Assembly: GCA_051294375.1 (NCBI GenBank)
Contig: CM119264.1
Location: 27,571,469 to 27,635,468, forward strand
Source of the DNA: Paraspadella gotoi
Lineage: Eukaryota; Animalia; Chaetognatha
Reading direction: 5' to 3'
DNA: 64,000 nucleotides
Part shown: positions 23,507-36,058 of the stretch, piece by piece
Layout: the number at the start of each line of letters is the position of its first letter
How positions within the stretch are numbered: position 1 is the first letter of the stretch
Notes under the pieces: model-generated
Told to the model about the DNA's origin: nothing
The model's database searches: none
What the model saw: the letters and a program-made list of their open reading frames with translations, nothing else
Made by a program: the position numbers and the translations under genes

Positions 23507-26500
23507 TCTACTCTCTCTTGTCTCTCTCTCTTCTCTCCTTCCCTCTCTCTCTGCTTCTCTCTCTCTCTCTGCCACTTCGTGGAACTTCCAGGGACGAGGA
23601 TCGATGCGCGTCAGCCCTCCGCCTGGAGACAGGCAACAGGCTCCTCTTCTCGAACTGTGGCCATCGGCCAGTTCTGGAGTTGAAATGGCCGGTCCGACAT
23701 AGACAGTAGAAGAAACTACTAAATGTTTAACTACATGTTGAATGATGTATTTTGTTTATTGTGGCCAAGGGATTCGTTAGAAAAAAAGGGACACAGTTCT
23801 GCCTAATACTTGAGTACTATTAAGATTCTGTGTTTTAGTATTGGCCCTTCAGCATTTTTAGACAAAAGGACCCATTAGACGTACTCGATACTGTCCAGGG
23901 TCAAGTGTAATCATTTCTATTTCTATTTCTATTTCTCAAACAAAATTAGACATATTGCATAATTGCGTCTTCTTGTCTTCTTGTCTTCTATGTGAACCAA
24001 TTTTTAATTTTACTCGAATTTTTTTCAAAACTACTGTTATAGCTAGTTACCAAATTAATTATTGTCCAACGCGTATTATTTTTATTTTCTTCAGTGCACC
24101 CAAGTCCCGCGGTTGACGGTGTCGACTGCTAAGTTGACCGACGTCTACTCGACGTCATCTTTCGGAAACATCGACTTTCAATGCAAAGACGGAGGTCAGT
24201 GAAGTGAGGAGGAAGATGAAGAGCGGGTGAGTTCGACGTAAGGAAAGTAATCGATACATCAAATACTAAGAGAAACTAGCACAGACAAAAATCAAGTCTC
24301 TATCAAAATACATGCCCATCCATCCGGTAATGAATATATCAATTTCAAATCACCAGTTATGATGTCAACTTATTACCTAGGATTGGTGGTCGGAGTTTCG
24401 AGTCCTCCTGTCACTGACCGGTCTCATCCAAAGTAAGATATAAATTTCGTAATAAATTAAAAATGTGAATGCCTTTTTCGATATGCGATTCCCTCCATTG
24501 TCAGGCGCCATTTTAAATTCACCTGCGCGTCGTTGATGCCACCGCGTATCATTTCTTGTCATCACTTGGAGACGATTCCTCGGGTAAGCTTAGTTGGGGT
24601 AAGTTTCATTTGGTCGTCGTCGGAGTCGTTTTCCTTGTTGTTGAAATATCGATAATAATAATCGCCTTCATAGACATCATCGACTAAGAATACATTATTA
24701 ATATTTTTAATTATGTCAATTGATATGTTTTTCTCAAAGTTCCACGAAACTCAAGTTGGCGAAGAGATCGAATTCCATCTCGACCCTTCAAACTCAAAAG
24801 GATTCGGAATTTCTGGCCTCAAAGGAACTTTTAACTCTGACGCTAACGACCACAAGTGGGAGACGTCCGTTTCCAGGTGGCGGGGCTGCACCTGTTCCCC
24901 GGGATTTACAGGTGCCAGGCGGAAAGAAAAAAAAAGTTGAGAAAAACGAAAGTTAACAATTTAAATTTATTTTGATTCTTTTTCGGGTTAAAATTGTTTT
25001 TTTCGTATCCGTTCATAGTATGTAAAATTTACTATTCGTTATTTCAAAAGGCGACTTGTGCGAAATTTCTTGCCGCACCATTCCATGCTCCCTGAAGGAA
25101 AGCAGGAGGAATCAAGAAGACGACTTGAGCTTTTATTGTCCGCCTAATCACGTGATCAAAGAAATTTATAACACGAAAGACGCTCGGAAGGAAAAAGTCA
25201 AATGGGCCTTCGGGTAAAAGGACCACTCCCTTTAGTGTTACACTCGTATATATAATGCTCGCTCGTATATTTTTGCGGCACCAGACTCTTTCTTTTAATT
25301 CAATCCCGTAGCCTTTCCCATGAACAGTTGTATCTTCGTAGGCGTTGGCTGTTCATTACTACTAATTTAAAAATCGAAACGGTACGGTTACAGTGCCGCG
25401 TTTTCTCCGCTCCTTATCAACAGACGTTATTGCAAGACTTATTTCTTTTCTTTATCGCTTCGCCAAAACCAAATGGAAGATTTTATTTGTCTATGCGGGC
25501 TACTTGGCTCGGCTTGTGTACAACCAGACGGTCAAAACTTATATTAGGTCAACAAAAAATAAGGCGGGCCAAAATGTATCACTTTTCTTCATTAGCCTAA
25601 TGATTAGGAGTTCTATAATACAAAATTCTTTTGTCCTTTATAAAAACGAGAGAGATCAAATTCGTCGTAGTCCCATTCCACTTCGCCGTCGTCGTCGTCG
25701 TCGTCGTTGTCAGTCGGGCGCCGATGTCATTGTCGGCGCCAGGGGCTGTTTTGTCGCTTGCTTCGGTTCGTCATTCGTTAAGTGTCAGGGGCTGTTTTCG
25801 TCATTGTCGCTCGTTTCTGTTGTTTCGCAGCGTCTTTAGATAGTTTTCCTCGTTTCGGTGTTGTTGTTGGTATCGGAAGGCAGCGGCAGCAGCGCGGCGG
25901 CGGCAGCGCCTGCCACAATGTCGTCGTCGTTGTTGTTATTTCTCGCAGCAACTTTTGGAGTCCTTTCCTTCTTAAGCCTGAGGTCAGGCTGCTGAAGCGG
26001 CGCTCCTGCGGCGTCGTGTGGTCGGCTTCCGCGGCGGGACGAAGACGCGGCTAAGCGACTTTGCGAACTTTTGGAGTTGAATGTTGAAAGATACGCCCGT
26101 CCGAAATCTGATGGACGCGAAGGGACGTAATACATAGATGTCTGTGGCATGTTGTCAGTGTTCACCAAACCCACCTCAACTCCAGGCAACCCCCTTCACT
26201 CCCTCAACCCCTTTCGCTCCAGGCGACTAATCACTCCAGCGGGACCCTCCCTCACTCCAGCCACAGCCTCGCATCCATCAAATCCTGATTCCTCAACCGT
26301 GAAATCCGTCGTGGATGTGACAACAACCGGAGAGCGTTTCTTGGAGGCGTCGGCGTCGGTCGAGTCGTCGTCGACGCTGGCACTTCCTTCACCGCCCGAC
26401 CGTGCACGTCTCGGTGCCCGACGCGGCCCCGCGGCTCTGCCTGGCTGACTGCCCTTCTCATCTCCTGCGCCTCTCAGAATTTTCAAAGTCGAATTTTGCA

Positions 26501-26890
26501 TCTCGACGACGAATTTTGAGATGAAATTCAAAATGGCGACCGATGCGAAAAGGCGGCGAGATTTCCGGAATGCGGTCTCGTTGGTGAATGCGGTTGGTGA
26601 AAGGCCTCAACTACTGTTCACTTAGTTCTTTGATGAAAAACGCAGTAGTTTTAGATTCTTTTCACAGTACAGCGTCTTTATCTAAGTTATTTTTCGTTAA
26701 GATATAAATATTCTTTTGATTACTACCTCCTTTCTGTATTCAATTTATTTATAATTATCTCAATAATTCATTATTCAATTCATCATTCCATTCATTCATT
26801 CATTCATTCATTAACTTTTGTTCGTGCACTAAAAACATAGAAATGTGATAAGAAAAAATAAAAAAGAACTGATTTGGCTAATCGGGATGT

Positions 26891-26930
<40 letters not shown>

Positions 26931-27466
26931 TCTCTTCTCTCTCTCTCTCTCTCATCTCCTCTCTCTCTCTCTCTCTCTCTCTCTTCACGCAATGACTGAC
27001 CCATCGAATTAACCTAACTGCACTGTCATATTCTCGATTTTCCCTCCAAGACTTGTGAATGTTTTATTTCTTTAAACCGATAATTAATATAATAAATAAT
27101 AATAATTAATAATAATAATTAATAATAATAATAATAAATCAAAATAAAATAAATAATAATAATAATAAATAATATAATTTTTTATCGGTAATAATAACTA
27201 TCCACATAAAACTAAATATAATTTAATATATTAATAACTAATATCATATACTCGAACTAATCACACTGTACTATCATATGCTGTTTAAATCAAGCCATGA
27301 AATCAGCCACCGTTTTACTGCAGAAAGGAGCAGCAGGAGCGAAGCGACCCAAAATCATCAACGCCAAGCAGCACAGCGCATCCCTCGATCCTTCCGTCGA
27401 CGAAACACGGAGTTATCGCATGCCAAATCTGGTGAGGTTTGGTTATGACTTTCCTCCCCAATCGGG

Positions 27467-27513
<47 letters not shown>

Positions 27514-27554
27514 CTCTCTCATCTCTCCTCTCTCTTTCCTCTCTCTCTCTCTTG

Positions 27555-27623
<69 letters not shown>

Positions 27624-30600
27624 CTCTCCTCCCTCTCTCCCGCCGAATTTCAGATCGGGTAAGTATCACCAGTGGGAGAGGCGAGGTCCTGGGTGAGGTG
27701 CCATGACGATGACGACGACGACGACGACGACGAACACGAACGACGACTTCAGTTTTGACGTCGTGACATCGACCGAGTCCGGTTGTCTCCAAGTCAAGAG
27801 TTAAACGTCAAACGTGAAAGCTTAGGGTCGTTTGTCTCCTTGCTCATGAAATTTTATGATATTTCATTCATGATTTATATGATTGATTTGTCAACAAACA
27901 ACAAGAACTATTGCATCATGGGTGGCGCGGTTGTAAGTACTCCTTATATAATATATATACTTCCTGTTGTATGTGTGTATGATTTTTATTTGAAAAAAAA
28001 AAAGCAATATGAGTGGAGTAAGAAAAAAATTGGTAAAAGTTTCAATAAAAATGATTCTAAAGAGTCAATTACGTAATATGTCAACAGGGTCGATGATGAC
28101 AACGAACGACGACGTACGAAGACGACGACAACCGAAAACCAGGCCGGCAAATTGTCTGAGAAAATTGGTAGAAGCAGAAGTCATGAACTCCGCGCCTTGG
28201 AGGAACAACCGTGAAATTAAAAGTCGATTGTGGTTCTGATTTTAAATTCGAAGGAAAAAAACAAAACAATTTGATGATCTTATTTTAAACGTTATCACAA
28301 TCACAACCAAGGTAATAAAATAGTTTGAGATATATTTTCATAATGAAATCCCCTTTGCTAATACAAAAAAAATTTTTTCAAACTAATTTGAAATTTTACT
28401 TTATTCATCAGACAAGAAATGAGGAAACAAATCAGCTTTATAATTGTTTCCTCAATATTTCTTTAATAAATTTTTAAATTGGAATGCCTAAATCCTGATT
28501 TATTTCCAGCTAGGTTTTTTAAGTTTGCGAAAGCGAGTACCACGCGGAGCGACTCACTTTTTCGGTCGGTCTGTCGGTTCTGTCTGTCGTCGAATGTGTG
28601 TCGCGTCGATTTTGTTGCACTTACTTTAAAAATGAAACTTAACTCGCCTATAGTTTGGTTTGCTCATTTGTTAAAACAGGAAAACTAAATCTAAGTGACT
28701 GCTAACGCCGTCTTCAACCCTAATAAAGAATAATTAAAAAAAATAAACATAAAATAAAATAAAATAAAATAAAATAAAATAAAAAAAATAAATAAAAGTC
28801 AGAACATCTCAATAAATACACGGGCTAAGAAAGTTATTTTAGTTAATACTTGGCATACTGGTAATCATTACTAAATGCTTCCTTGTGCATGTATTTCATA
28901 CTTGTGTAGTCATCGCGGCGCAACACATTTGGGATGGACCGATCTTGTTCATAAATAGAAAAGGTCTTGCGACACAAGAATTAATCACGCAACGCGGATT
29001 ATCCTTATTAACTACAAAACTAAAAAAATTAACCTAAAGTTACATTATTGGCAAATATCACGAATGCAATCGTGAGACACAGAAACTGTCAAGGACAAAC
29101 AAAGAGAGATTAAAGTTCTCGGTTTAATCGAAGATAATGAATTAAAAACATTTAGGGAAATTCGCGCACCTGGACCGTTTATTTGTTCTCAAATTAATCT
29201 ACAGATTGAACTCATTATCATTGTTTGTCGTCATTTACTTTTTATGTTGTGAAATGTTTTTCAACAGAAGGAAAAAATTTGAAACTTTTAATATTCAAAT
29301 TTTTTTTTTATCTAATCTAATAATATCATTTTCAAGGAAAATTTAACGTAAATTTTGCAAATGCAGTTCGTTTTAAAACAGGTTAATATATTATTAAATG
29401 CGTCTAAAACTTCTCTGACCATTAAATTAAAGATGAAGTCAGCGCGTTAAACGTGTTTGCTTTGATCATAATTAGCGACTCAGCAGAGTCTTCAGACAGA
29501 GTCCCCAGGTAATTCTATTAATTTCAAAAAATCTATCTCTCTTGTCTCTGCATAATTTTTCAGCTTTATTTGGATCAAGTTTAGCATACGGAGCCTTGGC
29601 TGAACGCCCGTCTGGGCCGGGTTTCGACTTCTGGTGTCCGCCGCGTTGGGCCCATTTCGATTTCGTTCCGTCTACCGCTCGCGGGATCAAGGACAGGCAA
29701 ATGGGCTTTCACGGTGGAATTGTTTTCACTTCATTTCACACTAAATGGTTGTGAGAGAAATCTCGTTTTCTGGTTGTTCGTTCAGCTGTCAACAGTTTGG
29801 GCAGAAAGGATTTTCATTAATCGTCCATCCTCTTCTCTCTCTCTCTCCTCGTCTCTCTTCTCAGTCTCTCCTCTCTCTCTCTCTCTCTCTCCACTCGTAA
29901 ATCTTCCAGGGAGAGGCTGGCCGTCCAGGCCCTCCGCCCTGGAGAACAGCCAACAGGCCCTCTGCTCTGAACGTGGCCAATCGGTCCAGTTCTTGAGTTG
30001 AATGCGGGAGTCGAATAGACAGTAGAAAACTACAAATTTTAACCTACATTGAATAGATGTTTTTTTATGCCAAGGGATTTCGTTTAGAAAAAAAAGGGAC
30101 ACAGTTCTGCCTAATACTTGAGTAACTATTAAGATTCTGTGTTTTAGTATTGGCCCTTCAGCATTTAATTAGACAAAAGGACCCATTAGACGTACTCGAT
30201 ACTGTCCAGGGTCAAGTGTAATCATTTCTATTTCTATTTCTATTTTCTCAAACAAATTAGACATATTGCATAATTGCTCCTTCTTGTTTCTTGTCTTCTA
30301 TGTGAACCAATTTTTAATTTTTACTTCGAAATTTTTTCAAAAAACTACTGTTACTAGGCTTAGTTTAACCAAATTAATTATTGTGTCCAACGCGTATTAT
30401 TTTTTATATTTTCTTCAGTGTACCCAAAGTCCCCGTGACGGAGTGTCGACTGCCTAAGTTGACCGACGTCCTACTCGACGTCAATCTTCGGAACTCGACT
30501 TCAATGCCAAAGAACGGGAGTCAAGTGAAAGTGAAGGAGGAAGATGAAGAGCGGGTGAGTTCGACGTAAGGAAAGTAATCGATACATCAAATACTAAGAG

Positions 30601-33600
30601 AAAGCTAGCAAAAACAAAAATCAAGTCTCTATCAAATACATGCCCATACCATCCGGTAATGAATATATCAATTTCCAAATCACCAGTTATGATGTCAACT
30701 TATTACCATAGGATTGGTGGTCGGAAGTTTCGAGTCCTCCCTGTCACTGACCGGTCTCTCAGTAGATATAATTGCCGTAATAAATTAAAAATGTGAATCC
30801 GCCTTTTTTCGATATGCGATTCCTGCCATTGTCAAGGCCCATTTTTAAATCTCACCCTGCGCGTCGTTGATGCCACGCGTATCATTTCTTGTCACTCACT
30901 TTGAGACGATTCCTCGGTCAAAGCTTAGTTTGGGGTAAGTTTCATTTTTTCCTCGCGTAGTCCGTTTTCCTTTGTGTTGAAAATATCGACTAATAATAAT
31001 CGCCTTCATAGACATCATCGACTAACGAATACATTATTAATATTTTTAATTAAAAATGTCAATTGATATGTTTTTCTCAAAGTTCACCGCACTCAGTTTT
31101 GGCGAAGGATCGACATTCCATCTCCGATCCCCTTCAAACCAAAAGGCATTCGGCAATTTTCTGGCTCTCAAAGGAACTTTAACTCGAAACGCTAAAACGA
31201 CCAACAAGTGGGAGACGTCCGTTCCAGGTGGCGGGGCTGCACCTGTTCCCCGGGATTTACAGGTGCCAGGCGGAAAGAAAAAAAAGTTGAAGAAAAACGA
31301 AAAGTTAACAATTAAATTTATTTTGATTCTTTTTCGGGTTAAAATTGTTTTTTTCGTATCCGTTCATAGTATGTAAAATTTACTAATTCGTTATTTCAAA
31401 AGGCGAACTTCTGCGAAATTTCTTGCCGCACCTTCCATGCTCACCTGAAGGAAAGCAAGGAGGAATCAAGAAGACGACTTGAGCTTTATTTGTCCGCCTA
31501 AATCACGTGATCAAAGAAATTTATAACACGAAAGACGCTCGGAAGGAAAAAGTCAAATGGGCCTTCGGGTAAAAGGACCACTCCCTTTAGTGTTACACTC
31601 GTATATATAATGCTCGCTCGTATATTTTTGCGGCACCAGACTCTTTCTTTTAATTCAATCCCGTAGCCTTTCCCATGAACAGTTGTATCTTCGTAGGCGT
31701 TGGCTGTTCATTACTACTAATTTAAAAATCGAAACGGTACGGTTACAGTGCCGCGTTTTCTCCGCTCCTTATCAACAGACGTTATTGCAAGACTTATTTC
31801 TTTTCTTTATCGCTTCGCCAAAACCAAATGGAAGATTTTATTTGTCTATGCGGGCTACTTGGCTCGGCTTGTGTACAACCAGACGGTCAAAACTTATATT
31901 AGGTCAACAAAAAATAAGGCGGGCCAAAAATGTATCACTTTTCTTTCATTAGCCCTACTGATTAGGAGTTCTATAATACAATTCTTTTGCTCTTACATAT
32001 ATAGCAAAGTATAGCCATTGAGGAATTTAAACTATTTATTATACTAGGCAATTGAAAATATGTGTTCTATAAATTTGTTACATGTTTATTATTGTAAAAA
32101 TAGTTCAGAGTAACGATATCGGATAGGCTTCGCCACTTATTTCATAGCGTGAACAGGAGCGTCGAGCTGATTGATTGGTATTCAAATGACAGAGGAAGGG
32201 AGGAAAGTCAAATNNNNNNNNNNNNNNNNNNNNNNNNNCTATCAATGAAGTGGTATTATTGTTCAAAGAAAGTATAAAGGACCATTTCCTTAAGTATTAG
32301 TTTGGGCCTTGGGGAATACTTTATTGGACTCCGCGCGAGCATCAAAATGTAAGAAGCTGAATTTTATGAAATTCTTATAACCATATGTAATATGTAAAGT
32401 TGTAATCGGTGATATTATTAAACAATCTACATTCTTAACTAATACGAACTTTTTAATAATATAAAATAATGGATCTCCATGCAGATCGAACCCATCAGAC
32501 CCATCGTACGGATTGCATTGTTGCAACGGTCTGCCAAGAAATGGGCAATCTTGTCAACTGGTCGACACGAAGCAGGTCATTCGATTCATACGATTAGAAA
32601 TGAAGGACATTATGCAATGAAGATTGACCCTGAATTAAAAATGATTTTCAGGGTGAAATCCTTAATAAGAATGGCGGCGGCTTCAACTACACAGTCAACA
32701 AAACTTTTTTGGGAATAGCAGGTAAACTTTAAAAATTTTAATTCTATTATAATTCGCAATTTTTTGGATAATTATTAAAATGAAAGATATCGATGGCATT
32801 TATAGCGATAAAAATTTATCATCAATCATTAAATATTTTAATATATTTAATAAATAAAAGAGTTATTAATAATCTTTAAATAAACCCAGGGATGTCTTCG
32901 AATTTCTCTCGAGAGCAGGGAGTTCGGATCTGGCGACCAACGCTGCCTGTCATTGCCTGCAATTGCCATAAGGAAACGGAATCAGGTTGGGCAAATTTGT
33001 CTTTATTCATTTAAGAGTTGTTTAAAGTTGTTTATTAACCAATTTGTCTTTTATTTTTACCTCCCCCCCCCAAAAAAAAGCAGAATCTAATTGGGGATTC
33101 CTTTGGAACGCCCTCTTCAAATCGGTTCTCGCTATCGGAAAAACAAAAGACAAAGTCTCCATCGTCACTCTGCAGTTGCCGAACGGATCGGATTCGCAGA
33201 TGTGGACCATGAAGAACGGGGTTTTAATTAATCGGTGATACGAAGTTAGAGAGAGATAGAGACAGATGTTTTTAAGATAACCCATATTCCTTCTCTAGCG
33301 AAGGTTTCGCGATCGATATCGCGCCGGATCGAAGCCTGATCCCGGCGCCACCAACGGGATCTCCGTCGCAGGCTTGGAGGTTTGAAGTAAAACAAATGAA
33401 CATCGATACCATTTTGATAAAATAAAAAAAAATTAAATTATTCCCTTTGTTAATAAATAAAAGGTACATTGGTCAGACGATCTTCAATCCCAAACTTCGC
33501 CTCTTCGTTTCGACTCACGGATTTGGTGAGGACGGAATGCGTCTCACGGTTCTTAACTTGCGGACAACAATCGATTCGAATTGGCTCGTTAAAAGATTAG

Positions 33601-33744
33601 GTTAGATTTACTTAAAAATTTAGTTATGGAAATTATTATTAACTATTTATTTCGTAATACTTTCGCTAGTGATTTCCATAGAAAAACCCCTCAGAAAAAT
33701 GTTTTAAATGAGTTGTGGTATTTTAGTGTTTGGTAGTTTTTGCG

Positions 33745-33837
<93 letters not shown>

Positions 33838-35908
33838 TTATGCCACTTTATGGATAGGGAAGCCAGGTACTCTGGAAATGAATAAACAAGGCTGTGAGAG
33901 AGTTTTGACTGATATCTTGCAGGGTCCTGCTATGACATTATCTTGTGAGAGTGATGGAGGCCTTAAATCACCATAACCTGTCCAAAGTGGCAAGAAAACC
34001 TTTTTATTAAATAAATGGATAATTATTATATTGGTTGTACCAATTTCATTACGTCGGATATCTTTGAATATCGTATTTTTCTTTATTTGTTTTCAAATTA
34101 GACTCGAAATCTCTTTGCGTTAGATCCTGTGAAAAGAATCCCTGTCGAAACGGAGGTTCGTGCGTGGAAAACTCACAAACAGGTAAAACAATCTTGATTG
34201 ATTGATTGATTGGCTGAATGATTGAATGATAAATTGAATAACTGTTTGATTTGTGGGTGGATTTTAGTTAGTCACTAGATTTTTGACTTGTTTTATTTGT
34301 GTTGCTTAATTTGCCGTTTATTGCAGTAAATTGGATAGAATTTTTGATTGAAAATGCTCGATGTGATTAGATAGACTGCTTGATGATTACCCCTCTCCAG
34401 GCTACGAAATGAATCTGTCCTCCTGGTTTCGTTGTCGCAATTGCGAGAGAACATCAAACGGAGTGTCTTTCTTCTCTTCTGCAAAAATGGCGCAACTTGC
34501 GTCGACAAGATACAACGACTTACGAAATGCATGTATAAATTGAAAAATATTTATTAATATTAATATTTATTAATGAGTATTTTATCAACTGAATACGCGA
34601 CTAGCCATTTCCCTTTAGATTCGCCGCCGGTTTCCGCGTCGAGATTGCGACCTGACGTCGACGGCCAGAAAATCCCGCGATGTGAGATGCGTCGTGTCGT
34701 CCCCTATCTGCCGACGGCAAGAATTTTGATACATAAGGTAATTTAAAAGTAATAGATAATTTATCGTAAATATTCCCGAAATATTAAGCGCTCTTTTCAA
34801 CATGCCTACGAAATCTAAACATATTGTCCAGTTGTTTCAAACTAANNNNNNNNNNNNNNNNNNNNNNNNNNNNNNNNNNNNNNNNNNNNNNNNNNNNNNN
34901 NNNNNNNNNNNNNNNNNNNNNNNNNNNNNNNNNNNNNNNNNNNNNNNNNNNNNNNNNNNNNNNNNNNNNNNNNNNNNNNNNNNTGTCCATTGTTTAAATA
35001 AAAATTGTTTACATTGTTTAAAGGAGTAAAATTTACTGTGACATTGTTCAGAAGAAGATTTTGTTGGAATTCATAGAATTGAACTACGTCAGTCCAGTTA
35101 AAACTAACCTAAATTAAAACTAGTTAAACTTGAAAAGCTTTTATTTTCTCTGTGATTTCATGTCATCTTCTAACAGATTGAGATTTGCCGCGCAGTTCAA
35201 GACGGAATCCAAGAAGATCTCTCGGTCAAAACGATCATCAGAAATCTCGTCGTTTCCGGTTTCCCTTTATCCATGAAGTTCCAACTTCTCAAAATCATTG
35301 CGGGTAAGTTCGCCTCTTTGGGAGCAGAGGCAACTTCTTGGAAATTAGGAGATATTGAAAAAAGAAAAAGGAGTGGAAACGACGCCAATCCTTTAGCTTT
35401 TTAGTTTTTTTTAAGTTTTTAAGTTTTTAAGTTTTTTTATTAAATTAATTTTCTTTTTCCTTACGATATTTATATTAATTACTTGAAAAATTACAGTTCT
35501 TTCGAAATCCAAAGACAACTACGAAAATTTTCCTCTCAACTGCATAAGAAAAGGGAAGTTTAAATCAATGGCAGAGATTTTGGCCGCNNNNNNNNNNCAA
35601 TCCAGACGATGACGGAAGAGGCTCAAAACAAGATCTTCGTTGCCGTCAACTTCTTCGCGAGTCGCGTTGTTGAAGGAGACCAAAGTATGGTCAAGTTGTT
35701 GGCTTCGTTTGGAGAGGAATGCGACGATGGTGAGAGGCTACGAGGTCCTTGTATCGCTAAAAATAATAATTAAAACATTTTTAATTGATCAGGTCCGTGC
35801 ACAAGAGACGACGTTCTGACCGTCATCGCGAGAAGAATTCTTCCAAACAAAGAGGAATATGACGACTTTGATTTGCGGCCTTACAGAAAGCGTTTCATAA
35901 CTTGTTAA
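23096..35908 (+). CDS. Paralogue A: secreted mosaic protein (signal peptide, 2 dermatopontin-like domains, ricin-B lectin, 2 EGF, uncharacterised C-terminal domain)
   Basis: Exons: 23096 MKSAALTCLALIII; 23241 WLNAVWAGFDFWCPRGWAISGFRSVY..DRQWAFT; 24095; 24381; 24506 RHFKFTC; 24740 DHKWETSV..GCTCSPGFTG; 25051 [10 protein letters not shown]; after the duplicated block 32484, 32652, 32890, 33084 (SDSQMWTMKNG), 33299 (SPSQAWR), 33464, 34102 (CEKNPCRNGGSC), 34401, 35178, 35497, 35793 to TAA 35908. Some exons carry indels. Confidence 0.82.
25641..31990 (+). repeat. Second, indel-rich direct copy of 18103-25637 (uncollapsed haplotype, gap-fill artefact or recent tandem duplication)
   Basis: Collinear from taaaacgagagagatcaaattcg to ttctataatacaa; frequent 1-nt indels and a few block differences (26344-26360, 27745-27775, insertion 28720-28795). 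Confidence 0.92.
29433..31568 (+). pseudogene. Frameshifted duplicate of exons 1-7 of paralogue A
   Basis: Same exons as 23096-25213 with many single-base indels; likely sequence error rather than a true pseudogene. Confidence 0.55.
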
Positions 35909-36058
35909 TTATTAATAATAATAATTAATTCAGAAAGCGTTTCGTTACTTGTTTATTTCCCTAAAGTCTTTTTTTGCAACATTTTTTCAAAGTGATGATT
36001 AATTCTGCCTAACTTTAATCTTTTTCAATCTTGACAGGAAATCTTGGAATTTTTAAAA

